The position numbers and the translations under genes were made by a program. A model generated the notes under the pieces. That model ran no database searches. It saw only the letters and a program-made list of their open reading frames with translations, and was not told the origin of the DNA. DNA of 64,000 nucleotides. Source: Burkholderiales bacterium (GTDB lineage: Bacteria > Pseudomonadota > Gammaproteobacteria > Burkholderiales > SHXO01). Location of the stretch: contig DAIQQA010000003.1 of NCBI GenBank assembly GCA_036787045.1, positions 13,797 to 77,796 of the forward strand, read 5' to 3'. The stretch's first letter is position 1. Each line of letters opens with the position of its first letter. Below are positions 55,812 to 64,000 of this stretch, piece by piece.

Positions 55812-57572
55812 TCATGCGACCCCACCCAGATAGGCTTCGAGCACCTGCGGGTTGCGCTGGATCTCTTCGGGCAGGCCTTCGGCCAGCTTGACGCCGAAGT
55901 CCAGCACGACCAGCCGGTCGGTGAGCCCCATGACGAAGTCCATATCGTGCTCGACCAGCAGGATGGTCATGCCTTCGCTCCGCAGCTTCGCGAGCAGCGC
56001 GGCCAGGTCCTGCTTCTCCTTGTAGCGCAGTCCGGCGGCGGGCTCATCGAGGAGCAGCAGCACGGGATCGGCTGCCAGCGCACGCGCGACCTCCACGACC
56101 CGTTGCTTGCCCAGCGGCAGGCTGCCGGCGGGCAGCAGCATCTCTGGCCCAAGCCCGACACGCTCGATCTGGCGTGCGGCCTCCGCAACCAGCCTGCGCT
56201 CCTGCGCCCGCTCAAGGTGGAAGAGACAGCGCAGGAAGCCGGCATCGCTGCGCAGGTGCGCGCCAATCGCTACGTTGTCCAGCACGCTCATCGCCGGCAG
56301 CAGCTTCACGTGCTGGAACGTGCGGCTCACGCCGAGCCGCGCGACACGCTGCGGTGGCAGTCCCGCGAGCCGCTGCCCGCGGAAGCGAACGTCGCCTGCG
56401 GTGAGGTCGAGCAGGCCGGTGATCAGATTGAACGTCGTGCTCTTTCCGGCACCGTTGGGCCCGATGAGGCCGACGATCTCGCCGCTGCGCACCTCGAAGC
56501 TCACGTCGTTGACCGCCACCAGCCCGCCGAAGGCTTTCCGCACCGCAGAAACCTCCAGCAGCGGGCCGGCGACCGGTGCACGCAGGTGCGTCGGCGGTGG
56601 CGGTGCCGTGGGGGTGACAGGGGGGCGGGTCCAGTGCTGCACGCGCGGGGCGACCCACGCCCATATCCCATCGCGCGCCCGATGCAACACGAGCACCATT
56701 GCAATCCCGAACAGCACGATCTCGTACTGCGCGCTCGCGCCGAGCAGATCGGGGAGCAAGATCTGCAGCAACTGCTTGGCTACGGTGATCAGGGCCGCAC
56801 CGAGCAGGGCGCCCCAGACGTAACCGGCGCCGCCCACCACGGCCATGAACAGATACTCCATCCCCACATGCAGGCCGAAGGGCGTGGGGTTCACGAAGCG
56901 TTGCATGTGCGCGTACAGCCAGCCGGACAGCGCAGCGACGATAGCGGCAAAGACGAACACCTGCACCTTCAGGAGCCGGGTATTCACGCCGAAGCTCTCG
57001 GCCATCACCACGCCGCCCCGAAGTGCGCGGATGGCGCGCCCCATGCGCGAGGCGAGCAGGAACTGAATCAGAACCAGTGCGGCGAACACGCAAACCCAGA
57101 TCAGGTAGTAATAGGCTCGCGTGTCCTTCAGTTCGAAGCCGAGCAGACTGAGCGTGGGGATGCCGGACAGCCCCGTGAATCCGCCGAGGAACTCCAGGTT
57201 TCCGAACAGGTAGTACAGAGCGATGCCCCAGGCAATGGTGGATAGCGGCAGGTAGTGGCCGGACAGGCGCGTGGTTACCAGGCCGAGCACCAGTGCGAAC
57301 ACACCGGTGACGGCAAAGCCCGCGAGCAGCCCTAGCCACGGCGAGAGCCCGTGAGCAGTGGAGAGCCACGCAGTTGCATAGGCGCCCAGCCCGACGAAGG
57401 CGGCCTGGCCGAACGAAACCTGCCCTGCGATCCCGGTCAACAGGCAGATACCCAGCACCACCAGGCTGTAGAGGCCGATATAGCTCCCCAGCGTGATCCA
57501 GTACTCGGGGGCGAGCACCGGCGCAACGGCGAGCAGCGCGAGCAGGATGCCGACTGCCACGCGTGACCTCAC
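55812..57572 (-). CDS. Fused LivM permease-LivG ATPase
   Basis: [24 protein letters not shown], then [24 protein letters not shown]; GTG 57572 overlaps the livH stop. Confidence 0.9.
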   Translation of the reverse strand: MRSRVAVGILLALLAVAPVLAPEYWITLGSYIGLYSLVVLGICLLTGIAGQVSFGQAAFVGLGAYATAWLSTAHGLSPWLGLLAGFAVTGVFALVLGLVTTRLSGHYLPLSTIAWGIALYYLFGNLEFLGGFTGLSGIPTLSLLGFELKDTRAYYYLIWVCVFAALVLIQFLLASRMGRAIRALRGGVVMAESFGVNTRLLKVQVFVFAAIVAALSGWLYAHMQRFVNPTPFGLHVGMEYLFMAVVGGAGYVWGALLGAALITVAKQLLQILLPDLLGASAQYEIVLFGIAMVLVLHRARDGIWAWVAPRVQHWTRPPVTPTAPPPPTHLRAPVAGPLLEVSAVRKAFGGLVAVNDVSFEVRSGEIVGLIGPNGAGKSTTFNLITGLLDLTAGDVRFRGQRLAGLPPQRVARLGVSRTFQHVKLLPAMSVLDNVAIGAHLRSDAGFLRCLFHLERAQERRLVAEAARQIERVGLGPEMLLPAGSLPLGKQRVVEVARALAADPVLLLLDEPAAGLRYKEKQDLAALLAKLRSEGMTILLVEHDMDFVMGLTDRLVVLDFGVKLAEGLPEEIQRNPQVLEAYLGGVA

Positions 57573-58606
57573 TCCTCCTCCTCGTCGTGATGGGTGCGCA
57601 GCGACAGCCAGAGTAGCACCGGGATGATCAGCGTGAAGACGATCACCTCCTTGTAGGCGCTGGCGTAGAAGGAGGCAAAGGACTCGAGCAGCCCAACGAA
57701 CAGGGCTCCGGCGACGGCGATCGGATAGCTGGCGAGCGCGCCGATGATCGCCCCGACGAAGCCCTTCAGGCCCACCAGGAAACCGGTGTCGTAATAGATC
57801 GTGGTGAGCGGGCCGATCAGCACGCCGGAGGCCACACCGATCAGCGCGGCGAGGAAGAAGCATGTCTTGCCCGCAAACGCTGTGCGGATACCGGAGAGCT
57901 TGGCGCCAGCACGGTTGACCGCGGTGGCGCGCAGGGCCTTGCCGAACAGCGTCCGCCCGAAGAAGACGTACAACGCACCGGCCAGCAGCACGCTGCCGCC
58001 ATACACCCACAGGCTCTGGCCCGGCAGCGGCAGGAAACCGATCTCGAGCGTGGCCTCGCTGAAGGCAGGCGTGCGAGAGCCCTCGGCGCCGAACAGGACC
58101 AGGCCGATTCCCGACAGCGCCAGGTGCACGGCGAAGGACACGATCAGCAGTACCAGCACCGGTGCTTCGGCGATCGGCTGATAGACGATTCGATACAGCA
58201 GCGGCCCCAGCGGTACTACCAGCAGGAACGTTAGTGCGATGCGGGCCGGCAGCGGTAGCTCGAGCGGTGCAAGCCAGACGGCGAGCCCGGTGATGGCCGC
58301 CGGCAATGCCAAGTTCCACAGGGCCGCAGGCAGCAGGGCCCTTGGTCGCCGCCGAATGACCGCAACTGCGGCGTCGATGAGGAATGCGACTGCGCCGAAG
58401 ACCAGCAACAACCAGATCGTCCCTGGTACCGTTTCGGTCTGCAGCGTTGCCAGCGTGAGCGCGCCGAAGGCCAGAAACTCGCCCTGTGGGATGAAGACGA
58501 CGCGCGTCACGCTGAACACCAGCACCAGCGCGAGCGCCATCAGCGCGTAGATGGCGCCGTTCGTGAGCCCGTCCTGGGCGAGGAGGGTGGCGATCTGGAA
58601 GTCCAC
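57569..58606 (-). CDS. LivH-type ABC permease
   Basis: [44 protein letters not shown]; GTG 58606. Confidence 0.9.
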   Translation of the reverse strand: MDFQIATLLAQDGLTNGAIYALMALALVLVFSVTRVVFIPQGEFLAFGALTLATLQTETVPGTIWLLLVFGAVAFLIDAAVAVIRRRPRALLPAALWNLALPAAITGLAVWLAPLELPLPARIALTFLLVVPLGPLLYRIVYQPIAEAPVLVLLIVSFAVHLALSGIGLVLFGAEGSRTPAFSEATLEIGFLPLPGQSLWVYGGSVLLAGALYVFFGRTLFGKALRATAVNRAGAKLSGIRTAFAGKTCFFLAALIGVASGVLIGPLTTIYYDTGFLVGLKGFVGAIIGALASYPIAVAGALFVGLLESFASFYASAYKEVIVFTLIIPVLLWLSLRTHHDEEEE

Positions 58607-58609
58607 GTA

Positions 58610-58690
58610 TGAGGCGGGAGGGTCGAGGCGCGAGGCACGAGGGTCGAGGCGCAAGGCCAAGTCGCAAGGCTCGAGCCTCGAGCCTTGCCG
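58610..58690. repeat. Degenerate family-C element
   Basis: tgaggcgggagggtcgaggcgcgaggcacgagggtcgaggcg ... ctcgagcctcgagccttg. Confidence 0.6.
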
Positions 58691-58697
58691 CCCGACG

Positions 58698-59690
58698 TCA
58701 GTCGGGCGGGGTGTACCGCTGTACCTCCTGATCGATGGCGCCGAAGATCGAGTTGCCGTCGGCGTCCCGCATCTCGATGCGCACGCGATCGCCGAAGCGC
58801 AGGAAAGGTGTGACGGGCTTGCCGGTCTCGATCGTCTCCAGCATGCGCTTCTCGGCGATGCAGGCGGAGCCGCGGCTGCGATCGACGTTGGAGATGGTGC
58901 CGGAGCCGATGATCGTGCCGGCGGCCAGAGGGCGCGTCTTCGCCGCATGAGCGATGAGCCGCGGGAAATCGAAGGTCATGTCCTCGCCCGCGTCGGGTTC
59001 TCCGAACTGGCTGCCGTTGATGTAGACCATCACAGGCAGGTTGAGCTTCCTCCCGTCCCACGCATCTCCCAGCTCGTCGGGAGTCACGGCCACCGGGGAG
59101 AAGGCGCTCGAGGGTTTGCTCTGGAAGAACCCGAAGCCCTTGCCCAGCTCGTTGGGGATGAGATTGCGCAGGCTCACATCGTTGACCAGCATGACCAGGC
59201 GTATGCGCGCAGCGGCAGCGTCGGGCTGAGCCCCCATCGGCACATCGTCGGTGATCACCGCAACCTCGGCTTCGAGGTCGATGCCCCAGTCCTCGCTCTG
59301 CGCCGGGATCGGGTCGCAGGGGCCCAGGAAGCTGTCCGACCCACCCTGGTACATGAGCGGATCGGTCCAGAAGGAAGGCGGCATCTCGGCACCGCGCGCC
59401 TTGCGCACTAGCTCCACGTGGTTGACGTAGGCCGAACCGTCGGCCCACTGGTAAGCCCGCGGCAACGGCGACGCGCAGCGGTTGGGGTCGAAGTCGAAGG
59501 CGTCGGCGGCGCGCTCGGCGTTGAGCGCGGCCGACAGCTGCGCGAGCTTCGGCGCCTTGGTGTGCCAGTCGTCCAGCACCGCCTGCAGGCTCGGCGCCAC
59601 CTCCGATGCAGCGACGGCGCGCTTGAGATCCCGGCTGACGATGATGAGCCTGCCGTCGCGTCCGCCGGTCTTCAGCGTGGCGAGTTTCAC
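58698..59690 (-). CDS. Fumarylacetoacetate hydrolase family protein
   Basis: [57 protein letters not shown]. Confidence 0.92.
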   Translation of the reverse strand: MKLATLKTGGRDGRLIIVSRDLKRAVAASEVAPSLQAVLDDWHTKAPKLAQLSAALNAERAADAFDFDPNRCASPLPRAYQWADGSAYVNHVELVRKARGAEMPPSFWTDPLMYQGGSDSFLGPCDPIPAQSEDWGIDLEAEVAVITDDVPMGAQPDAAAARIRLVMLVNDVSLRNLIPNELGKGFGFFQSKPSSAFSPVAVTPDELGDAWDGRKLNLPVMVYINGSQFGEPDAGEDMTFDFPRLIAHAAKTRPLAAGTIIGSGTISNVDRSRGSACIAEKRMLETIETGKPVTPFLRFGDRVRIEMRDADGNSIFGAIDQEVQRYTPPD

Positions 59691-59726
59691 TTGGCTTGCC
59701 TCCCGTGTGTCGTCTTGCTACTGCGG

Positions 59727-60341
59727 TCAAGCTGCATGCTGTTGCGCCGTCGCGGTCTCGGTCACCCCGCGCAGGAAGATCTCCGACACGACCTGCGCCA
59801 TGTCCTCGTAGGTCAGCGGCCCCTCGGATCGCAGCCAGGTGAAGGTCCAGTTGATCATGCCGAACAGGATCATCGCCAACGGCACCCGCAAGGCCCTCCT
59901 GCGGAAGCGCGGCCGAAGCGCTGCGATGGCCTGCGCGAAGGCGTCCACCACCTCGCGCTCCTTTCCCGTCACCTGCGCGCGCTGCAAGTCTGCCAGGAAC
60001 TTGACGTCCTGTACCAGCACCATGTGCTGTGCCTGGGAGTGCTGGTACTCCTGCATGAAGCGCGCGATCAGCGCACGCAGGTTCTCCTCTGCCGGCAGCT
60101 TGCGGGCGCGCACCTCCGCGACGATTGCCAGCAACCGGTCCATGTAGCTGTCGGCGATGTCGAGCAGGATGTGCTGCTTGTCGCGGTAGTAATGGTATAG
60201 CAGCGGCTTGGAGACCCCGCATGCCTGGGCCAACTCGGCCATGGACGCGCCCTCGAAGCCGCGCTCGGCGAACAGCCGCGCTGCCGCCCGCAGGATGCTG
60301 GCGCGTTGCTGGTCGAACGTAGGTGCTCTGGTTCTGGCCAT
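59727..60341 (-). CDS. TetR-family regulator (next to paa genes)
   Basis: ILRAAARLFAERGFEGASMAELA..KPLLYHYY; LFGMINWTFTW. Confidence 0.9.
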   Translation of the reverse strand: MARTRAPTFDQQRASILRAAARLFAERGFEGASMAELAQACGVSKPLLYHYYRDKQHILLDIADSYMDRLLAIVAEVRARKLPAEENLRALIARFMQEYQHSQAQHMVLVQDVKFLADLQRAQVTGKEREVVDAFAQAIAALRPRFRRRALRVPLAMILFGMINWTFTWLRSEGPLTYEDMAQVVSEIFLRGVTETATAQQHAA

Positions 60342-60356
60342 GGCTACTGCAACAGC

Positions 60357-60531
60357 TCAACGCAAAGACGCAAAGGACGCAAAGAGAAGCGAGAGCACGC
60401 CAGGCTCTCGGCTGGCTTTCTTGGGGCGTCGCGTGCACGCCGAGACCGCGGCGAGGAGTCGGTCGTCGTGCCACGTTGTCCTTGCATCGCTTTCCTTTGC
60501 GGCCTTTGCGCTCTTTGCGCCTTTGCGTTGA
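60357..60531. repeat. Family-A paired inverted element (CGCAAAG type)
   Basis: Left tcaacgcaaagacgcaaaggacgcaaagag (60357-60386); right ctttgcggcctttgcgctctttgcgcctttgcgttga (60495-60531). Confidence 0.88.
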
Positions 60532-60545
60532 GATGTAAGGGGTAT

Positions 60546-61613
60546 TCAGCGCTCGTCGTAACTGAGCACGACCCGGTCGGTGAGCGGATGCGCTTGGCAG
60601 GTCAGCACGAAGCCGGCATCGAGGTCGCGCTGCTCCAGGCTGTAGTTCTTGTCCATGCGGACCTTGCCCTCGAGCACCTTCGCGCGGCAGGTGCAGCACA
60701 TGCCGCCCTTGCATGAGTAGGGCAGGTCCAGACCCTCGCGCAGGGCAGCGTCGAGCAGCGATGGATCGTCCCGATGGAACTCCACCTCACGCCGGCCGCC
60801 GTCGAGGATCACGGTGACGCGGGCTTGTGCGGCATCGCCCGGTTCCACGTGATGCGCAGGCCCGGTACCAGGCACTCCAAAGCGCTCCAAGTGGATGTGC
60901 CCCGGGGGCATGCCCAGCTCGCGCAGGGCGGCCTCGACCTCGTCGAGCATGGCACCGGGCCCGCAGACGAACGCCTCGTCCATGGTGTCCACGGGCAGCA
61001 GGGTGTCGGCGAACGCCTTCACCTTCGCGGCGTCGAGGCGGCCGTTGAACAGCTCGACGTCCTGGTGCTCGCGGCTGAACAGGTTGTAGAGGATGAGGCG
61101 GCCGAGGTAGCGGTCCTTGAGGTCCTCCAGCCCCTCCTGGAACATGGTCGTCGCCAGGCGCCGGTTGCCGTACAGCAGCGTGAAGCGGCTGCGCGGCTCG
61201 CGCTTGAGCGTGGTCTTGATGAGCGAGAGCACCGGCGTGATGCCGCTGCCGGCGGCGAAGGCGACGTAGTGCTTGGCGTTGGCCGGGTTCAGCGCGGTGT
61301 GGAAGCGCCCCTCTGGAGTGAGCACGTCGACGGCGTCGCCGGCCTTCAGACTGGCGTTGGCGTAAGTCGAGAACACACCGCCGGGGACTTTCTTGATCGC
61401 CACGCGCAGCTCGGCGTCGTCGACCCCTGCGCAGATCGAGTAAGAGCGGCGCAGCTCCTGTCCATCCAGATGCGTGCGCAGCGTGATGTGCTGGCCCTGG
61501 ACGAAGGCGTACTCGGGAGCGAGCTCCTTGGGAACCGCGAAGCGAAGGCTCACAGCCTCCGGGGTTTCGCGACGGACTTCGGCGATGCGCAGGGTATGGA
61601 ACTTTGGCGTCAT
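60546..61613 (-). CDS. paaE: Phenylacetyl-CoA epoxidase reductase subunit
   Basis: QGQHITL, RRSYSIC, AAGSGITP, AFVCGP, C-terminal YSCKGGMCCTC..LTCQ. Confidence 0.95.
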   Translation of the reverse strand: MTPKFHTLRIAEVRRETPEAVSLRFAVPKELAPEYAFVQGQHITLRTHLDGQELRRSYSICAGVDDAELRVAIKKVPGGVFSTYANASLKAGDAVDVLTPEGRFHTALNPANAKHYVAFAAGSGITPVLSLIKTTLKREPRSRFTLLYGNRRLATTMFQEGLEDLKDRYLGRLILYNLFSREHQDVELFNGRLDAAKVKAFADTLLPVDTMDEAFVCGPGAMLDEVEAALRELGMPPGHIHLERFGVPGTGPAHHVEPGDAAQARVTVILDGGRREVEFHRDDPSLLDAALREGLDLPYSCKGGMCCTCRAKVLEGKVRMDKNYSLEQRDLDAGFVLTCQAHPLTDRVVLSYDER

Positions 61614-61643
61614 TTACTGCTTACTCAAGCCCAGGAAGCGCGC

Positions 61644-61823
61644 TCACCACGAAGGACACGAAGGACACGAAGAAAAACAAGCGGAGGGGCACTACGCTGA
61701 GCGGGAGTCGGTTGACGTGGCTTCCACGCGGTGGCTTGCATTACCACACTTGCCAACCCGTCAAGGAGGAACCTGAGCTTCCCTGGGCCTTCCTTCGTGT
61801 TCCTTCGTGTCCTTCGTGGTTCA
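61644..61823. repeat. Family-A paired inverted element (CACGAAG type)
   Basis: Left tcaccacgaaggacacgaaggacacgaagaa (61644-61674); right ccttcgtgttccttcgtgtccttcgtggttca (61792-61823). Confidence 0.88.
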
Positions 61824-61840
61824 CGCGGTTCGCAGTCGAG

Positions 61841-62326
61841 CTAAATGGGTTTGAAGTACTCGAAGGGCTCGCGGCAGTCGAGGCAGCGATAAGTGGCCTT
61901 GCACGCGGTGGAGCCGAACTCCGACAGCCGCTCGGTCTGCTGCGAGCCGCAGCGCGGGCAGGCGAGACGGGGGACGAAGTGCAGCGGGCGTGGTCCCGCC
62001 GGTGCGACGCCGCTCGGGGGCACGATGCCGTAGGCCCGCAGCCTCTCGGCGGCCTCCGGGGCGATCCAGTCCGTGGTCCAGGGAGGCGAAAGGCGCGTCT
62101 CGATATCAACGTGCTCAACCCCTGCCTGCAGCAAGGCGTCGCGGATGGACGTCGCGATCACTTCGGTTGCGGGACAGCCCGAGTAGGTCGGCGTGACCAC
62201 GACCGTGACGGCGTTTGCGTCGGCGCGGATTTCGCGCACGATGCCGAGCTCGCACACCGAGATCACCGGGATCTCCGGGTCGGGCACAGCGCGCAGCGCA
62301 TCCCATGCCTGGGCTTCCGTTACCAC
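61841..62326 (-). CDS. paaD: Phenylacetyl-CoA epoxidase subunit D
   Basis: VPDPEIPVISVCELG, TPTYSGCPA, SPPWTTDW, CPRCGS, FGSTACKA.YRC..C.EPFEYFKPI. Confidence 0.93.
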   Translation of the reverse strand: MVTEAQAWDALRAVPDPEIPVISVCELGIVREIRADANAVTVVVTPTYSGCPATEVIATSIRDALLQAGVEHVDIETRLSPPWTTDWIAPEAAERLRAYGIVPPSGVAPAGPRPLHFVPRLACPRCGSQQTERLSEFGSTACKATYRCLDCREPFEYFKPI

Positions 62327-62333
62327 TGGTGCC

Positions 62334-63086
62334 TCACCACTGTAGGCCAGGATAGGTGCGCTGCATGTACTGCATCTCGGCCAAGAGATGTCCCATGTGC
62401 TCGCTGTGCATGCCGCCCTTGCCGCGGGAACGGAAAGGCGTGGGTTCGGGGATACGCAGCGTGGCCTCTCCCAGGACGGGGCGCACCGTGTCCTCCCATG
62501 GACCTTGGAGTGAGCCGGCCGGAACGCCGAACCCGTCGGCGGCAGCAGCCTCGTCCAGCGCATCCGCCGCGAAGAACTCGCCGGTGTAGGGCCACAGTAA
62601 ATCGAGCGCAGCCTGCATGCGCGCATGGGACTCCTCGGTGCCGTCGCCCAGGCGTACGGTCCAGTCCACCGCGTGGCGCAGGTGGTAGCGGCTCTCCTTG
62701 ATGCTCTTCCCGGCGATCGCCGCCAGCTCGCTGTCGCGGGACCGCTGCAGCGCTTCCCATAGGTGCAGCTGGTAGGCACCGAAAAGCAGATTGCGCGTCA
62801 CGGTCCTGCCGAAGTCGCCGTTGGGCAGCTCCACCAGCGTGAAGTTGCGATACTCGGACTCCGCACGCAGGAAGGCGAGCTGGTCTTCGCCGCGTCCTTT
62901 GCCTTCCAGCTTGCCGGCATGGGCGAGCAGCAACCGCGCCTGGCCGATCAGATCGAGCGCGACGTTGGTGAGCGCGAGATCCTCCTCCAGCACCGGACCG
63001 TGCCCGCACCACTCCGACAGGCGCTGGCCGAGGATCAGAGGGTTGTCGGCGAGGCAAAGTACGTAGTCGAATCGAGTGGTTGACAT
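62334..63086 (-). CDS. paaC: Phenylacetyl-CoA epoxidase subunit C
   Basis: LGQRLSEWCGHGPVLEED, ELPNGDF, KESRYH, GDGTEESH, HSEHMGHLLAEMQ. Confidence 0.95.
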   Translation of the reverse strand: MSTTRFDYVLCLADNPLILGQRLSEWCGHGPVLEEDLALTNVALDLIGQARLLLAHAGKLEGKGRGEDQLAFLRAESEYRNFTLVELPNGDFGRTVTRNLLFGAYQLHLWEALQRSRDSELAAIAGKSIKESRYHLRHAVDWTVRLGDGTEESHARMQAALDLLWPYTGEFFAADALDEAAAADGFGVPAGSLQGPWEDTVRPVLGEATLRIPEPTPFRSRGKGGMHSEHMGHLLAEMQYMQRTYPGLQW

Positions 63087-63118
63087 CTAGATTGCTCAGA
63101 AGAACGCCGCCTGGCCCC

Positions 63119-63406
63119 TCACATGTGATCCACTTCATCCGGCAGCTTGTAGAAGGTCGGATGCCGATAGATCTTGTCTTCCGCCGGATCGAACATCTCC
63201 GGCTTGGCGTCCGGGTCGGAAGCGTGGATATGATCTGCGCGCACCACCCAGATGCTCACCCCTTCCAGCCTGCGCGTGTAGATGTCGCGGGCGTTCTGCA
63301 GCGCCAACTTCGCGTCGGGCGCGTGCAGGCTGCCGCAGTGCTTGTGATCCAGGCCGTTCTTGCTGCGGATGAAGACTTCCCACAGCGGCCATTCCTTTCT
63401 ATCCAT
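63119..63406 (-). CDS. paaB: Phenylacetyl-CoA epoxidase subunit B
   Basis: WPLWEVFIR..GLDHKHCGSLHA, ARDIYTRR.EGVSIWVV, YRHPTFY. Confidence 0.95.
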   Translation of the reverse strand: MDRKEWPLWEVFIRSKNGLDHKHCGSLHAPDAKLALQNARDIYTRRLEGVSIWVVRADHIHASDPDAKPEMFDPAEDKIYRHPTFYKLPDEVDHM

Positions 63407-63433
63407 TGGTTCCCTTTCTAATGCTGCTAACCA

Positions 63434-63592
63434 TCACCGCAAAGACGCAAAGGCGCAAAGGAGTCGCAAAGAAGGCAACCAGTTAGGCGTACCTCATGCA
63501 TCCAGTCAGGGGATTGCGCATGCCCTTTGGCCACCCTGGTGATCGGAGTCATCCTTGGCGTTTCCTTTGCGTCTTCGCGCCTTTGCGGTTCA
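63434..63592. repeat. Family-A paired inverted element (CGCAAAG type)
   Basis: Left tcaccgcaaagacgcaaaggcgcaaagg (from 63434); right ccttggcgtttcctttgcgtcttcgcgcctttgcggttca (63553-63592). Confidence 0.85.
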
Positions 63593-63600
63593 GTAGTAGT

Positions 63601-64000
63601 TCAAGCAGCGCGAAGCCGCTGCTCCTGCTTGCGCGCGTAAGCGAGCGCCGCCTCGCGCACCCAGGCCCCGTTCTCGTGCGCATTCACGCGTTCTGCGAGC
63701 CGCTCCCGATTGCACGGGCCATGGCCGTTCACCACGGCCCAGAACTCGTCCCAGTCGATCTCGCCGAAGTCCCAGTGACCGCGCGCTTCGTTCCACCTCA
63801 GATGCGGGTCCGGCAGGGTGACGCCCAGCACCTGGGCCTGGGGTGCGGTGGCGTCCACGAACTTCTGGCGCAGGTCGTCGTTGGAGATGCGCTTGATGCC
63901 CCACTGGCTGCTCTGCGCGCTGTGCTGGGAATCCTTGTCGTGCGGGCCGAACATCATCAGCGACGGCCACCACCAGCGGTTCACCGCGTCCTGCACCAGG
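63601..64000 (-). CDS. paaA: Phenylacetyl-CoA epoxidase subunit A (3' part; start outside window)
   Basis: [55 protein letters not shown]. Confidence 0.95.
   Translation of the reverse strand, partial: LVQDAVNRWWWPSLMMFGPHDKDSQHSAQSSQWGIKRISNDDLRQKFVDATAPQAQVLGVTLPDPHLRWNEARGHWDFGEIDWDEFWAVVNGHGPCNRERLAERVNAHENGAWVREAALAYARKQEQRLRAA

Noticed and set aside
4256-63592. Dispersed repeats with unique interiors as a CRISPR array
   Set aside because: Arms are inverted pairs scattered kilobases apart, not regularly spaced direct repeats; no cas genes in the window.
60546-64000. paaABCDE as a novel system
   Set aside because: It is a well-characterised phenylacetyl-CoA epoxidase with canonical order and motifs.

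Overview
High-GC proteobacterial (probably betaproteobacterial) chromosomal segment, mostly catabolic. In order: a 5'-truncated SF1 helicase fused to a Vsr-like nuclease; DUF1840 and TerB-like genes; a TTQ amine dehydrogenase cluster (mauBEDA-like plus two c-type cytochromes, no mauG in the window); a THI5/NitT-type ABC transporter split by an oppositely oriented ECF sigma; an FMN alpha-hydroxy-acid oxidase; an L,D-transpeptidase; an ~18-kb nicotinamide/nicotinate module (NicS-like TetR, ferredoxin, Mo-hydroxylase, 6-hydroxynicotinate reductase, UPF0280/ApbE-like protein, two AA_synth proteins, CoA ligase, Liv-type ABC, enamidase, Tat-signal nicotinamidase); a probably sigma54/NtrC-controlled cluster (deacetylase, Pot-type ABC, CobW, reductive pyrimidine catabolism, upp); Uma2, CnbZ-like and lipoprotein genes; a Liv-type ABC; and the 3' part of paaABCDE. 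No rRNA, tRNA, CRISPR or transposase gene was seen. The most unusual layer is non-coding: more than 20 palindromic REP/MITE-like elements of about seven families sit at gene junctions, nest inside each other, show concerted variation of paired arms, and in several places supply stop codons, start codons or RBS to neighbouring genes. Family names come from motif recognition and memory, not from database searches.
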